From: Balanoglossus misakiensis
Lineage: Eukaryota > Animalia > Hemichordata
Assembly (NCBI GenBank): GCA_040954595.2
Contig: CM082585.2
Coordinates: 4,489,358-4,553,357, forward strand
DNA: 64,000 nucleotides
Direction: 5' to 3'
Part shown: piece after piece, positions 1 through 13,259 of the stretch
Numbering within the stretch: the first letter of the stretch is position 1
How the letters are laid out: each line of letters begins with the position of its first letter
Notes under the pieces: model-generated
What the model was told of the DNA's origin: nothing
Databases searched by the model: none
Seen by the model: only the letters and a program-made list of their open reading frames with translations
Position numbers and translations under genes: made by a program

Positions 1-441
1 CATGATTTTGGGCGTAGCATTCGGCGGAGGCAGCGAGGTTCATTGTGCTTACGTTCGATATGACCGCAAGACAAGTTTGGTCACTTTGCGCCTGCGTAAA
101 CAACATTGTCTAATAGTGCAATGACATGCAATTCATGTCACCAGAACCACGTTTCTTGATCTTCTTTGGTCCTCTGTGACACCTTTTACTGTGCACAACT
201 GACCATTTAGTGTTATACCAACGCCGCAGAGTCATTATGCCAACATTACATGACGTCATGTAACAAAAATGGTTCTCCAGTTTATTGTAATAGTCTAGGG
301 AAACATAAAAGGATGAATCTTTTCCTAATTTGCAGTATAAAGTTAAGGTAAAGGGACCATGGTCCCTACCTCACTTGAAAGATAATAAATTACTTCATTT
401 TTCCTTCCAGGAAACACGCCGTTGTCTGGAGCTTATTAAAA

Positions 442-3233
442 ATGAAAGTATTAATAAATGTTGCGTGTGTCTTGCTAACCATGAAGTCAATAACAGGTAT
501 TCATTTACATTCCTGTTTGATTGCGTGTGTGTTCATAGAATCTGATTGAGTGCCTGATTTATTGATTCATTTGAACTTGATTTCTGTTGTTCAGGGATCG
601 GAAGAAGAATTCTAAACTACAACTTTCATTTATATTTCTTTCTTTCTCTCGAAGCATGTGACCCGCAATGGGACAACTTCAAGGAAGGTTGTTACTATGC
701 CTACCAATCTCAAGTATACACGTACACAGAAGCCAGGACTGTGTGCACTGGCAAAGGTGGGACGCTAGTCATGATAAATGATAGCAAAGAAAATGCATTT
801 CTGAAAGGTAAGTGACCACGAACAAATCAATCGATGTAGACCTTACTGTCTTTTTTTATTCAGCTGTGTGTGTCATGTGTCGTCATCGAATTCATTAAGT
901 TGGATTTGTTTCCAAAGATTCATTGCACATAAGATTTTCATATACACAGTGTGTTATTTGAAGCAAAACCCCTCTAAGTACTGCTTTTGTTCCAAATAAG
1001 CAACGAGCTGTATTTCTTTCGTGACGAAATGATAAATTAGTTAGGGGGACCACCAAGGCATGCAGTAATTCATAATTAACACAAATGCAACATTCACGTC
1101 TATCCAAATCAGGCTTCACACTTGGTACAACTAATCTATGGATTGGTTTGAATGATATGGCGAATGAAGGAGATTGGAAATGGGAAGACGGTTCTAAGGT
1201 AATTAATATTTCTTCGAATTAAAACACTATTGCGTGTTTGTGTAAACAACATTTCTTTACTGCATAGATTTTATTTGCATAGATTTTATTAACAGTCACA
1301 AGGCCAATTGTGTAAGTTAACTGAATAGATCAGCTACAGTACTGAGATTTTATGAGTGTACATAAGATAATAGTAAATGAGGGAAATGTATTTACAAATA
1401 AAACACCGCCAAAATGCCGACTTTTGCAAAAACATATTCTACATTGTGGTAACCTGATGTTGAAGTATTTTGCAATTGTCACATGCATGTTTTGTACGTC
1501 AATAATTCTTCGGTTCCAAAATTGTAATATATGTAAATGGTAATTAGGTAATTATCTGTCATGTCCGGCACAGATATCATACAAAAAGTGGGTTGGAGCA
1601 GAACGGCCTAGTGAAAATGGTACCAGACCCAAAGATGGCATGAAAGACTGTGCCATATTGTCTGTTGTGGATGATGGTCGATGGAAACCTGTTGATTGTA
1701 GGAAACGATTGGGATTCGTCTGTGAAAAACCATTTTGTGAGTAACCTCTCTTCCGAGCAAATGCTTAATACTGAAAACGTCTTTTTGTTTACAATATCCC
1801 ACCAAAAGAACACAGTTTGGCAAATCATGTTGGTGAAAAATCACATTGATCATCATTTGGTCTTCATGTCTTTAATTGTCAGTTGGTGAATACAGGTTCA
1901 CCCAGTCTGTGAACACCCAACTGAAATTATACTCAAGAAAATAAATCAAATCCATCATGCGGACAATGTCACATGCTCTAGCTACGAAAATGCATCCGGC
2001 AGGTCCTTAGTTACCAAGCCTCCTTGTACAAAGGTTAAGCTTACGTGTAACAATCATAGATGTCAAGGCAAACGACTCTCAGTGACATTATCTCATTTCA
2101 GTGGTCTGCAGTGTCACTGCTGTCGGTGTGGAGAGTGGAATCATACCAGACTCGCAGATGACAGCGAGCAGCAATTATGACTCTGTCCACATGGCTTTTC
2201 AAGGCAGACTCAATATTGTCGTGGCTGTTGGATCTTCCGCTTGGTGTTCCAAAGATAGGCGAATTGGAGAGTGGTTACAGATTGATCTGGGTAGCGTGCA
2301 AAAGGTTGCTGGCGTAGCCACACAAGTAGGTTTACCTGATTAAGGTAGTAGTATTTAAATAGATGATGAAGGGGAAAATAATGTACAAATTTAGACCTTT
2401 CTAATTTAGGCCGTATATGAAAAATATGCGTATGCGTTTTTCTCCATTTGGGCAACAAGCTAGTCCGGGCATTCAAGTTGGTGTTCATCCCGGAATTATT
2501 TATCAGGTTATATTTCAGGTACCAATTAATGTCCCATGCACATAGTGCAGTTTAGCCCATGGAGTTTGTTTCTAAAACATTCGATGTACAAAGGAATTTA
2601 GATTTTTAAGTGCATATTTCCCCCAACGTACGTGCGAAATCTCTAGCTCCAACGTACGCTGTAAATATACTGTGTGACAGCTGCTGTTTATATTAGCTTG
2701 AGGAAAGTGTGTTTAGGCCAGGAAAAGGATTCTCATTTTAAATTCATTCTAATTACTACCAGGGGCGGCATGATTTACGCCAGTGGGTTACGAAGTTTGC
2801 ATTAGCATATGAAGACAAGAACGGTGCATGGAAGTATATCGTGGACGGTAATGGCATCCAAAAGGCACGTTATACGAACTAATTGTTTCATATATCGATC
2901 TCTCTTTCCCTCTCCCTCCCTCTCTCTCTCTCTTTCCCTCCTCCCCCCTCCCACTCCCTCTACATGATTATATTTGACCTATGTTTGAATATTTCTAGTC
3001 TTGAATGTTGTGTGCGTTTGTTTTGTGTCTGACACAGTCCTGTGGTCAATTTGTCCCACCTAATGTTAGGTTATATGTTTTATTTGTAGGTGTTTGAAGC
3101 TAATTCTGACTCCTATACAATTGTCTACCACAACTTGGTAGAAGACCGCTTCACTGCTAGGCTTGTACGGTTTTACCCACTTAACTGGAAAAGCCATATT
3201 TCCATGAGGGTTGAAATCTATGTATGCAAATAA
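442..3233 (+). CDS. Spliced gene 1: secreted C-type lectin domain + F5/8 type C (discoidin) domain protein
   Basis: Exons read by eye: 442-496 (MKVLINVACVLLTMKSIT, signal-peptide-like), 655-807 (ACDPQWDNFKEGCYY...ARTVC...ENAFLK), 1113-1198 (LWIGLNDMANEGDWKWEDGSK), 1574-1736 (...DCAILSVVDDGRWKPVDCRKRLGFVCEKP), 2102-2325 (GVESGIIPDSQMTASS...AWC...EWLQIDLG...GVATQ), 2763-2864 (GRHDLRQWVTKFALAY), 3090-3233 (VFEANSD...ARLVRFYPLNWKSHISMRVEIYVCK, stop). Intron phases are compatible; all are GT-AG except the last (GC-AG). Confidence 0.9.
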
Positions 3234-3929
3234 CATGCATGGCTCTCAAACTGGCTGCGGGCTCTCCCTGCAGTTCTAGATGGTGTTTGTTTTTGTGTGT
3301 GCACTTATTACTAGTAGTAGCGTTTTTTATGTGTCAACTGAACAATGTCGATTATTAACTTGTTTTACACAAAGCCCCCCCCCCCAAAAAAAAAAATACT
3401 TATACATCGCAATTCGTGAGATCAGTATATAGACACATTTCAAAGCCGCCATCTCTTTTATATCACAGGGCAGTCATTGGAGGGGGACTGTGGTATGAAT
3501 GGCATCCTGTACCGTACTTGTAGGCCTTGTAGGGCTTCTAATGGGTTGAAAATCAAGTGCTACTTACTGCCAAAGTGGTACTAAAATGTGTACGTAATAT
3601 GCTTTGAAATTTTTAAGTTTTGGAAGAATTAGAGTTTATTGCCGAATCGCATGACATCTTAATATCCAAATAATAAAAATGACAACCCCGAATGAACACA
3701 AAGAAAGCACGAACAATGGGTCGAAAAGTCCTGCGATTTTCAAAATGGCGTCCATTGACGATCTGTACTCGTTGTTTTAAGAATTGAAATATACAGCTTT
3801 TGTCTTATACAATATCTGCAGGTTCAGCTTAAATACGTTTAATGGTACATGTAAGACAATTGCTCAGTGGCTCAGTTATTATATGCATGATAAAATGCGC
3901 CCTCTTTTGGTGAACTCTTCCTACAAGAC

Positions 3930-5406
3930 TAGTCTGGTCCCTTGCCCCATTCCCACCGCTGGCTGCGCTACGCTAAAGGAAAGGGGTCAGGTACGCGCTA
4001 TCGTAAACATGGCTCTCATTGGCGTACGGACATTGGAGGCATCCATCTCGCTTTAATGATCACGTGGGCTTTGTTTCATTATTATATTCGGGCCAGGTTT
4101 TTAACCAGTCTTGACTCCACTGTCTTGCAGGAACCCTCATTTGCTCATTGCTACATATTCACAACACAACATACATGTAAACAATAACATGATGATGAGA
4201 CTAGAGCCAGACCATATGATGAGACTAGAGCCAGACCATAGAGCAGTCAGACCCGTTTATTCGAAGCAAGGACAAAGTGTACTATATGCTGAGTAACGCA
4301 TGTAGGTTATTAAACTGCAGCTTTGCCTGCGGCGTGTGTGGTAATAAATCCTGTCGGCACCCTATCAAGCGAGTCAGGAAAAAACAGAGGTAAACCTTTT
4401 TCGGAAAATACTCTGAAAACCTGCATCCATTTGCCATGCAAGATAGGGCTCTAGGAGTGGTGTTGGACCTCACCTGGTTACCACCAAACTTTAAAAAATG
4501 TAAACATGGTTTACTTACTGAAACCTTTACAGTTGCTGGGAAATACTACAAAAACAATGTTTTTCCTTTTAACCAAGAATTACATGTCAATAAAATAGGA
4601 AGCACAATCACACTTGTTATCTAAAACATTGCTGAAAATATATAATTAATGCTAGTGAGAAAAATAACTTTGATGAACAAGGTCCGATAACTGCACTGCT
4701 CGAAGATCGGCCTAGAAAAGGCTGAGAAATACCTCAACACGCACATGGCATTCTCCTCACTATGCCTCATTGGTCAATGCAACATTTTGACACTTTCCTA
4801 TCCAATAAGAATACAGCAAAAACTTTGAGCACGCATTAAACACTGCTTGTGTACGTGACATCAAGACAATGATTTCGAGACTTTAGTCGAAACGCGCGAA
4901 ATCATATAGATGGTGGCCCGTACCTAATAATAATAATAATAATATTTAATTCTTAAAAAACGCTTTCCATGTAAAAAGATATCCCAAAGCGCTGTACATC
5001 GCTGCTTAAAAATACAAAGACAAGTAAAATGCTAAAAATGTATAATAAAAAAAAACTAGACAATGGTTAAAAATGGATAAAAAAGTCATTCCCTGAATAA
5101 AAACGTTTTAAGGCTGGACTTAAAAAACTTTAAAATTCTCACTGCTACGGAGTGGAACCGGTAGCTTATTCCACAACCGTGGTGCTCCTGTAGAGAATGA
5201 CCTGTCACCATAAAAGACTGTGTTAACTTTGGGATGATCAAGAATAAAAGAACAATCAGTTGTAGAACGAAGGTTACGGACAGAAGAACGAACATTTATG
5301 AGCTCCTTCAGGTACGACGGAGCCATATTATTTAAAACTTTGTACCTGACCCCTTTCCCTTAGAGTAGCGCAGCCAGCGGTGGGAATGGGGCAGGGGACC
5401 AGATTA
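3930..5406. mobile_element. Non-autonomous TIR DNA transposon (Academ-like TAG...CTA termini)
   Basis: ~65-bp inverted repeats at 3930-3994 (TAGTCTGGTCCCTTGCCCCATTCCCACCGCTGGCTGCGCTA...) and 5342-5406. Same TIR family as the mini element at 14152-14257. No clean TSD survives. Confidence 0.65.
4925..5341 (-). mobile_element. 5'-truncated LINE 3' end (L2/CR1-group), frameshifted
   Basis: Minus-strand frames give YKVLNNMAPSYL...LRS...GDRSFS..APRLWNKLP..LR and FKSSLKTFLF, the typical post-RT C-terminus. A short 3' UTR and a (TTA)n tail at 4925-4944 follow. Confidence 0.8.
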
Positions 5407-7231
5407 CATGCAAGCCAAGGTAAGTGGTCAGGCAGGTGGTAGGAAGAGTTCACCATAAGAGGGCGCATCGCGCGAGCAGAGCAGCCTGAGAAAGGTTAGA
5501 ATCGCACCGGTAAGAGAAAGGCAGAATAAGAAAAAGAGGCTGACCGACGACAATTTCTTTTCAGTTTCAATCATATCCATGAATAAATCCCTGTGGTTAT
5601 ACCAGTATATTTTATTGACAGCATTTTCTGTATTTACATGAGATTTCATGAACAAGTCATTAAAAAATGCAAAAAAATGCAAAGTGGCCCACTTTCCCGT
5701 TAAGGCCAGATTCGTGCAACATTAAAACCCTCAATGTTAGCCATAACGTTTATTGAAATAATAAATGAAGATTGGTGTCGCAGGTGTGCAGTTCGTTTCT
5801 TTGAATCAAACGCATACCTGAAGTTGGGGGTCAGAATATTGAGTGTTTCATGGCACACATCATCCCATGCATCTATAACTGGAAGTCAATGAGTTTTAAT
5901 CGGTCTCCTGACTTGAGCACCCGTGTGACCAAGAGTAACCTACGAAACCATAAGTTAACCCTCCGGTAACCCAAGCTCTGAATATTGGCCTATAGCAGGC
6001 AATGGTGTACATTGTGGCTGTTTCTCATCATTCTTGATTCGGTGAGTGTATAAGCTCCTAGAAACTTAGCCGCAATGATTGTAACGGGTGCCGCTATGGG
6101 TTGATGGTTTGTCCGAGGGTAGGAGAGGGAGGAGAGAGGGAGGATAAGAGAAGATAATAGACGGGGAAGGGTCTTGCAACAGCATGCAGATGATACGACA
6201 CAGTAGCCAAAGACCCCCCCCCCTCCCAAAGACAGAAAAACAAGTCAACATGCTATACGCGAAATGGTCAGTTGCCTGTTTTCAACAAAACATACTTGAG
6301 TTTTCACGACACGTGTCAAGCCGACAAAGTGATGACGTGGCAATCAAAAATAGCAATTGGCCATAAAACTGCAGTTCATGGATAGTTTCCACACCCCATA
6401 GCCGAAATGTGGGCAAAAATTAATACGCTTAGTGATACAGTAAATATATCGTAGCCCTAGCCTTGGGAAATTTTATTGTCAATAAATCGTTCGTTCGTGT
6501 TCGTTCTTTTATTGCCACGATTTAAAAGAGGAATTCATGTTGTGCCCCTAAAATGGCTAATACACACTATATATCTACCTGTAATATCTACAGTGGCAAT
6601 ATGGGACAAGAAAAACAGCTTAACGCTAAATCAACAATATTATTTATCATTCTGAATTACCCCAAAAATGCCCGCATAATGACTGAATGTATATGTTTAG
6701 ACATCCGGCAGATGGCATTGTATTAAACTGTTCTTTCACCTTTCACATGATGAAGGTGTTTTGAAAATCCCGAGCTAAATCAACAATTAAATGTTAACCA
6801 AATTATAGTATAACCTCCATATTAAACAATAGATTGAGTAGAAATTGCCATGAGTTTAACATATTTAATATACGTTCATTTCTATATATCCAGCGGTATA
6901 CCCAATTTGTATGCGTCCACATATTGGTTACCACGATCCTTATGGTGTCAAAATAATAAAATGACGAACTCCCGGGGAACAAATCCTGTTCACTAGTACT
7001 AAAGACTAAAGCCTCCGGAGCTGCCACTTTTTACATTATTTCCATGATTTTTATTTTTCAAGTTAAATTGATCCATGTAAATAAGCTGACTAATTGGTAT
7101 ACAGGAACACCTTATCGATGCCTGATTGTGACCGCATGTTGCAATTTGAACACGCTGTGTATTAAAACAGTGCCACACCGATTTAATCAGCCTCCATACA
7201 AACAGTACGCAGTTATCGATGTATGCGTCAC

Positions 7232-8303
7232 CAAGAGATGACAAACTGATGAAAATGCTAGTAATATGGCTTCATGGTGAGGATTTTAGAGGATAGGGAA
7301 TATATTTGAAGAATTTTATTGTGGAAACTATATGTGAAATTTGGCAGCTCATATGGAGCATGGGTGAATAAAACACAGCTCAACACCCACGCGAGATACT
7401 GGGCGTGTCCCTTCAAATGTCATACCATGCTAATGATCTATGATGTTGGTGTTCGAGGCGCCATCTTGATCGCCAGCACGCGATTTTAATGTAACTGTAT
7501 GGTAGTTCGTGTTTGTGTAGATTTATGGTGGGAATTTGGGTGGTGACGTCTTCGTCCAAATAGAGAAAAAAAATCGGGAATATGCGACAAGAGATGACAA
7601 ACTGATGAAAATGCTAGTAATATGGCTTCATGGTGAGGATTTTAGAGGATAGGGAATATATTTGAAGAATTTTATTGTGGAAACTATATGTGAAATTTGG
7701 CAGCTCATATGGAGCATGGGTGAATAAAACACAGCTCAACACCCACGTGTGATACTGGGCGTGTCCCTTCAAATGTCATACCCGGCTAAAGATCTATGAT
7801 GTTGGTGTCCGAGGCGCCATCTTGATCGCCAGCATGCGATTTTAATGTAACTGTATGGTAGTTCGTGTTTGTGTAGATTTATGGTGGGAATTTGGGTGGT
7901 GACGTCTTCGTCCAAATAGAGAAAAAAAATCGGGAATATGCGACAAGAGATGACAAACTGATGAAAATGCTAGTAATATGGCTTCATGGTGAGGATTTTA
8001 GAGGATAGGGAATATATTTGAAGAATTTTATTGTGGAAACTATATGTGAAATTTGGCAGCTCATATGGAGCATGGGTGAATAAAACACAGCTCAACACCC
8101 ACGTGTGATACTGGGCGTGTCCCTTCAAATGTCATACCCGGCTAAAGATCTATGATGTTGGTGTCCGAGGCGCCATCTTGATCGCCAGCATGCGATTTTA
8201 ATGTAACTGTATGGTAGTTCGTGTTTGTGTAGATTTATGGTGGGAATTTGGGTGGTGACGTCTTCGTCCAAATAGAGAAAAAAAATCGGGAATATGCGAC
8301 AAG
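7232..8303. repeat. Tandem repeat, 3 x 356 bp
   Basis: Unit CAAGAGATGACAAACTGATG... starts at 7232, 7588 and 7944; the copies are nearly identical. Confidence 0.95.
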
Positions 8304-9962
8304 GATATAAAGGAGCTAATTCCGAAAAAAAAGTGAATACAGATGAATTGTAAGAAATGATTCAGAAATATGTTCTAAACCCTATCTACCATCGTCATGG
8401 ATCCACAGATGCAATGTAACTTTAGAACTACATCAAAGTGATTGTCCAACTTGTAAACTGGTTAACTGTCCCATTTTCAACAAAATACGGTACCCTGCAG
8501 GACAACAGACAGGTACGTGAATAGCATAATAAACAGTATTGAATGAGTATAAAAATTATTATGCGATTGTCGCACTGTGCTTTCTCCTAAAGTGGGCAAC
8601 ATGAAATGCCAGCAAAAAGTTTGCAATAACAAAGAAGGGAAAGCAAACATTGCCCGCTGACTTTACTCATCTAAAATGAAGTTGACTGAAATGTCAATTT
8701 TATTTTTAGGAATCTGTCCGCAGCAATAAAAGCATGCTCCATTTCAGAATAACTACTATTCTACGCACCGGAGTCTTCATCAACTGTCAGCGTTATCAGG
8801 TAAGAAATTCTACTGATCACTGAAAATTGCTCGTTTTGACTAAGATTGAAACGACCGGTCTTTGATGACAAATTGTACAGCTCAAAAGATCCAGGGAACA
8901 TACGTTAGCATTTTTTCTCCTTCCCATCACAGTCCCTTTCTTGAGGGACTGTGTTCACATCAACCTGTACATTTGTATTTTTATATCTAGCGAAAACATG
9001 TCAAAAGTTGCACATCAAAACATATCGATAAATTGTGTTACATACATTTAAAATATAGTTTACGTGTATGAAATCTCCATCGGGTAATTATACAGATCAG
9101 AATAACGTTTATAATTTGTTCTACGGATTAGTTCAAAATACGAGTTCTGTCGCCATTTTGGAAACCCAAAGTGATACATTACTTTAATATGCTTTTTTAC
9201 GTTTATGCACGTTATGCAGCACTTTTAGTTGCTTGTTACTAGTGTTATTTATACATCAATTGCTCGATTTTGTCAACCTTGTTGAAATGTGGAACTTATT
9301 TTATTACTTGCAATTGTTTTCACGTTTCATTGGCGAAATGGCACAGCATCCAACACTTTCACAATAAAATATCGCCAACGTTTGTGCTCTTGATGGATTT
9401 GTTCGTGGTGTACGTTGGTGTAGGTAACATTCAGCTTACATTTGACGGTTTATGCCTAGCTGTATGACCTGATAGGAAAGGTCTTTTTCACCACCATTTG
9501 TGTCGGTTGTTAAAAACATACTTATAGGCAGCGAAAGCGGAAGCAAGATTGTCAACACAACAAGAAGCGTTTTATACACTCCGCTGAGAAAAGTATTGTG
9601 GAAAGGTAGATAATGAATCTGTCCGATAAAATGGAGGAAATAGGGAATTTCTCTAAAAGGTCACGAAATAGGTCGCTAGTAATGAAATAAAACTAACACA
9701 GCGACGTAAATCCACAACCGCGGCGTTTCTAGTACATACAGTGGGTGATTCCATGTAATGTAAAACATTGACATTTTTTCAAACATATGAATTTCAAGAT
9801 ATGAACCAAATGTGCTTCAATATTTTTCAATATTAAATTAAAAGTGTAAATCAGTAATGTTTGTTGCCTTTTAATGCACTCTGAAGACATTACTTTGCTA
9901 ATACGATTATACTGTTATTCTTTCCAGAAACTCCACCTCGGCTAACGTATCAGAGACTGAAA

Positions 9963-10305
9963 ATGTTGGCGCTGGCTGTATTGTTCTCTGTGCTTTTCAC
10001 TACCACACTGGCGGGACGTGAGTCTAATCAAACACACCCATTAAGTCAACAATTGTCCGTCTGTCTGTCTGTTTGTCTGCCTGCCTGCCTGCCTGTCTGT
10101 CTGTCTGTCCGTATGTATGTATGTATGTATGTATGTATGTATGTATGTATGTATGTATGTATGTATGTATGTATGTATGTATGTATGTATGTATGTATGT
10201 ATGTATGTATGTATGTATGTATGTATGTATGTATGTATGTATGTATGTATGTATGTATGTATGTATGTATGTATGTATGTATGTATGTATGTATGTATGT
10301 GTGTA

Positions 10306-10340
<35 letters not shown>

Positions 10341-10512
10341 ATGTATGTTTTGTATGTATGTATGTATGTATGTATGTATGTATGTATGTATGTATGTATG
10401 TATGTATGTATGTATGTATGTATGTATGTATGTATGTATGTATGTATGTATGTATGTATGTATGTATGTATGTATGTATGTATGTATGTATGTGTGTGTG
10501 TCTGTGTGTGTG

Positions 10513-10546
<34 letters not shown>

Positions 10547-11761
10547 TTAATATTTTTATTTGCAGCCTGCCAGTCGGGATGGGAAAAGTTCGGCGGTAGT
10601 TGTTACTTTGGATATATACATCTAATGTACACATATGAAGAGGCCAAGACTGTATGTGAAGGCATGAATAGCACGCTCGCAATCATTGATAACGCCGAGG
10701 AGAACCTATTCTTGAAAGGTCAGATCACTACAAATGGGCGACAGCAAGCCGGAGAGAGAGAGGGGGGAAGATGGATAGGGTGGGTGCATGGAGGGAGGGG
10801 TGGGAGGGAGTCAGTGAGGGGAGAGTAGGATGGAGGGAGGGAGAGAGGTGGGAGAGAGTATGTTTGTGTGTCTGTGTGAGGGGATTCGGTGAAACGTTTA
10901 ATGCAATAGCGTAATATATTTTGAAGCAGATACGCAGAATTATATGGACGTTCCGGTGACAACTCTGATCTTTTCCTATTAACCAGGGTACACCCAAAAC
11001 AGGTTTCACATCTGGTTTGGATTAAACGACAACGATACGGAAGGGAACTATGTTTGGGAAGACGGATCTCCGGTAAGCTGCCGTGTGATTACATGTGTAA
11101 ACTTTTCTTTTGCACGGTTCAACTTCAACGTGCCTGAGTGGACAGTCGTCGTGTCACGCTAAATTACAAAGCGTATACGAATAAGCCATGATTATGGGGG
11201 TCTTCGCCATGATTTGACTAACAAAATGCCTGGTTCAACCTCAATCAATATATATTGCATATTTCCACGATATATGAGCTTTTGTTATTACATATTGTAG
11301 TTACAAAGTAGTTACGACACTGCACATATAATGTTATATTTCTGGCATTACCACAAGTGTACGAATATTGATTTCACAGAGAACTGCCTTTGAGACATTT
11401 GTGTTATCTTAATACATAGCTAACTTGCCTGTTATATTAATGAATAAATGCAGAGAAATAATCGGTACTAATGCAGTTACTGAATAATATTTTTGCCTTA
11501 GAAACGTTATACTGCCATTTACTAATATCATCTAGACATTCTCAGTCTTCATGAAATCCGTTTACATATTAGAATTTATAACAATTTGCCTTTGATTTTT
11601 TTCCATAGTTGTCATACAGCAATTGGAATCAAGGCCAGCCAGACAATCACGATAACAACGAGCACTGCATCCACTTTGTGTCCAACTCAGACGGAAGATG
11701 GAACGATCTGCCGTGTTCCAGACGTTTAGGCTTTATCTGCGAACGAAGCGCCCGTCAGTAG
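9963..11761 (+). CDS. Spliced gene 2: secreted C-type lectin (QPD/WND, galactose-type motif)
   Basis: Exons 9963-10017 (MLALAVLFSVLFTTTLAG signal peptide), 10566-10718 (CQSGWEKFGGSCY...AKTVC...ENLFLK), 10987-11072 (IWFGLNDNDTEGNYVWEDGSP), 11609-11761 (YSNWNQGQPDNHDNNEHC...GRWNDLPCSRRLGFICE, TAG at 11759-11761). Intron positions and phases match gene 1. The 3' end is uncertain because of a possible donor at 11754. Confidence 0.9.
10060..10546. repeat. Compound microsatellite (TCTG/TATG/TG/TCTA)n in intron 1 of gene 2
   Basis: Long (TATG)n run directly visible; it produces the spurious MYVC ORFs. Confidence 0.97.
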
Positions 11762-12002
11762 CCACATTGTTGTACGCCAAAACTAAACAGATATACATAA
11801 TGAATTGTTGATAATTTACTTTGTCGAAGACTTGGCATGTGCCCCTTATTTGCTCTGTTTTATGTTTAGCTTCAGATATTTTCTTTAAATGATGGCAATA
11901 AAATCAAGGCCTTGACGCCGTCGAAAAGCAGTCATTTGTAGTGGCATCTGAATATCTTGAACACTTTCTCCAGTCTCTTGAGTACATAAATCATTAAGCA
12001 GT

Positions 12003-12149
<147 letters not shown>

Positions 12150-12338
12150 CTTCTTCAGTCGTACTAGACTGATTTCCAATTAAGGTGGCAAGTAAAATAA
12201 ATAAAACAAATAAAGTAAAACAATGAAATACACAACACCAAAATAAATACACACGTTTAAAACTTCAACAAACACTGTGAAAGAAGTAACAATAGCCACA
12301 TGCTAATGAATCAAAGATGACTAAAGCGAGTATATTAA

Positions 12339-12552
12339 AGGGACAAAGTCTCTCTCCACCCTTTTTCCATTAATTATGTTTGATACAGGACACCATTTAT
12401 GCTATTCTACACGTGGATATATAGTGAATCAACGTTCAACCGAACACAACTTCCATCCCGTTTGGAGGATATGAGAGTAAAAATCTCGCCCAAATGAATA
12501 AATGGTAAACACCGATTATTCATTTCTCGTGATAGAGAAAGACTTTGTCCCT
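12339..12552. mobile_element. MITE with TTAA TSD (Kolobok-like AG...CT ends)
   Basis: TTAA|AGGGACAAAGTC...GACTTTGTCCCT|TTAA. Related fold-back copies lie at ~17790-18122 and ~27415-27756. Confidence 0.7.
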
Positions 12553-13259
12553 TTAAAGCCCCAACAGCCGCCACGTTTAGCATATTTTTGATAAATAAGA
12601 TTATTTAATCTTCTCCTTATCCTCAGTCGACAAATGAAATATCTGGGGATTCTAACACCCGTGTTGTAAACTCTTGGAATGGGCTGTTGAATAAGCGGGT
12701 GCGACACCTGTTTATTATTTAATTTATTCATTTTTAAATACAAAGCCACAATTAGAGGTGGATAATATGTCTGTGTATTCCCGTCAGTTAACTCATTTAA
12801 AAGAATCATTCTAAGTTTGAAACAATGTTTGCTATTTTGAAAACAATACAAAACGTGGAAGCTATTTGAAACAATAATACAATGAAGTATACTCAGTAAA
12901 ACAATCAAAATGGAGGCTATTTAGACACCACGAGCCGACTTCCTTATCACAGCGCCAGCTAGTGGTAGAATTAGTGTAGGTAACCGTAACCTGAAGGCTA
13001 GCACACGTACAAATAAAGCCAGGGAACATGTGTTCGTCTCTCACGGTTTGGAATGTATAGGGAGACATGTATCTTACATACATGTATCTATGACTCAAAA
13101 CATAGGGAATGTTCAGTTTAATTAATGCAAATGTTAGTTACATTGTCCTATCTTCCTAGTGACCACAACTGAATGTGCCAAGATGCATGTGGTTGAAATT
13201 GTCATTTATGTTTCTACTTAATATTTCCATTGTGTGAGCCGAGGTAGAATCCTCAGTTA

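Noticed and set aside
4190-4240. 24-bp direct duplication (ATGATGAGACTAGAGCCAGACCAT x2)
   Set aside because: Ordinary slippage-type duplication inside a non-autonomous element, with no further structure.
10073-10828. MYVC-repeat ORFs (also INQS at 11932-12252, YLFI at 52274-52636, and those at 53076-53384)
   Set aside because: Translations of microsatellites; only the embedded lectin exons are real.
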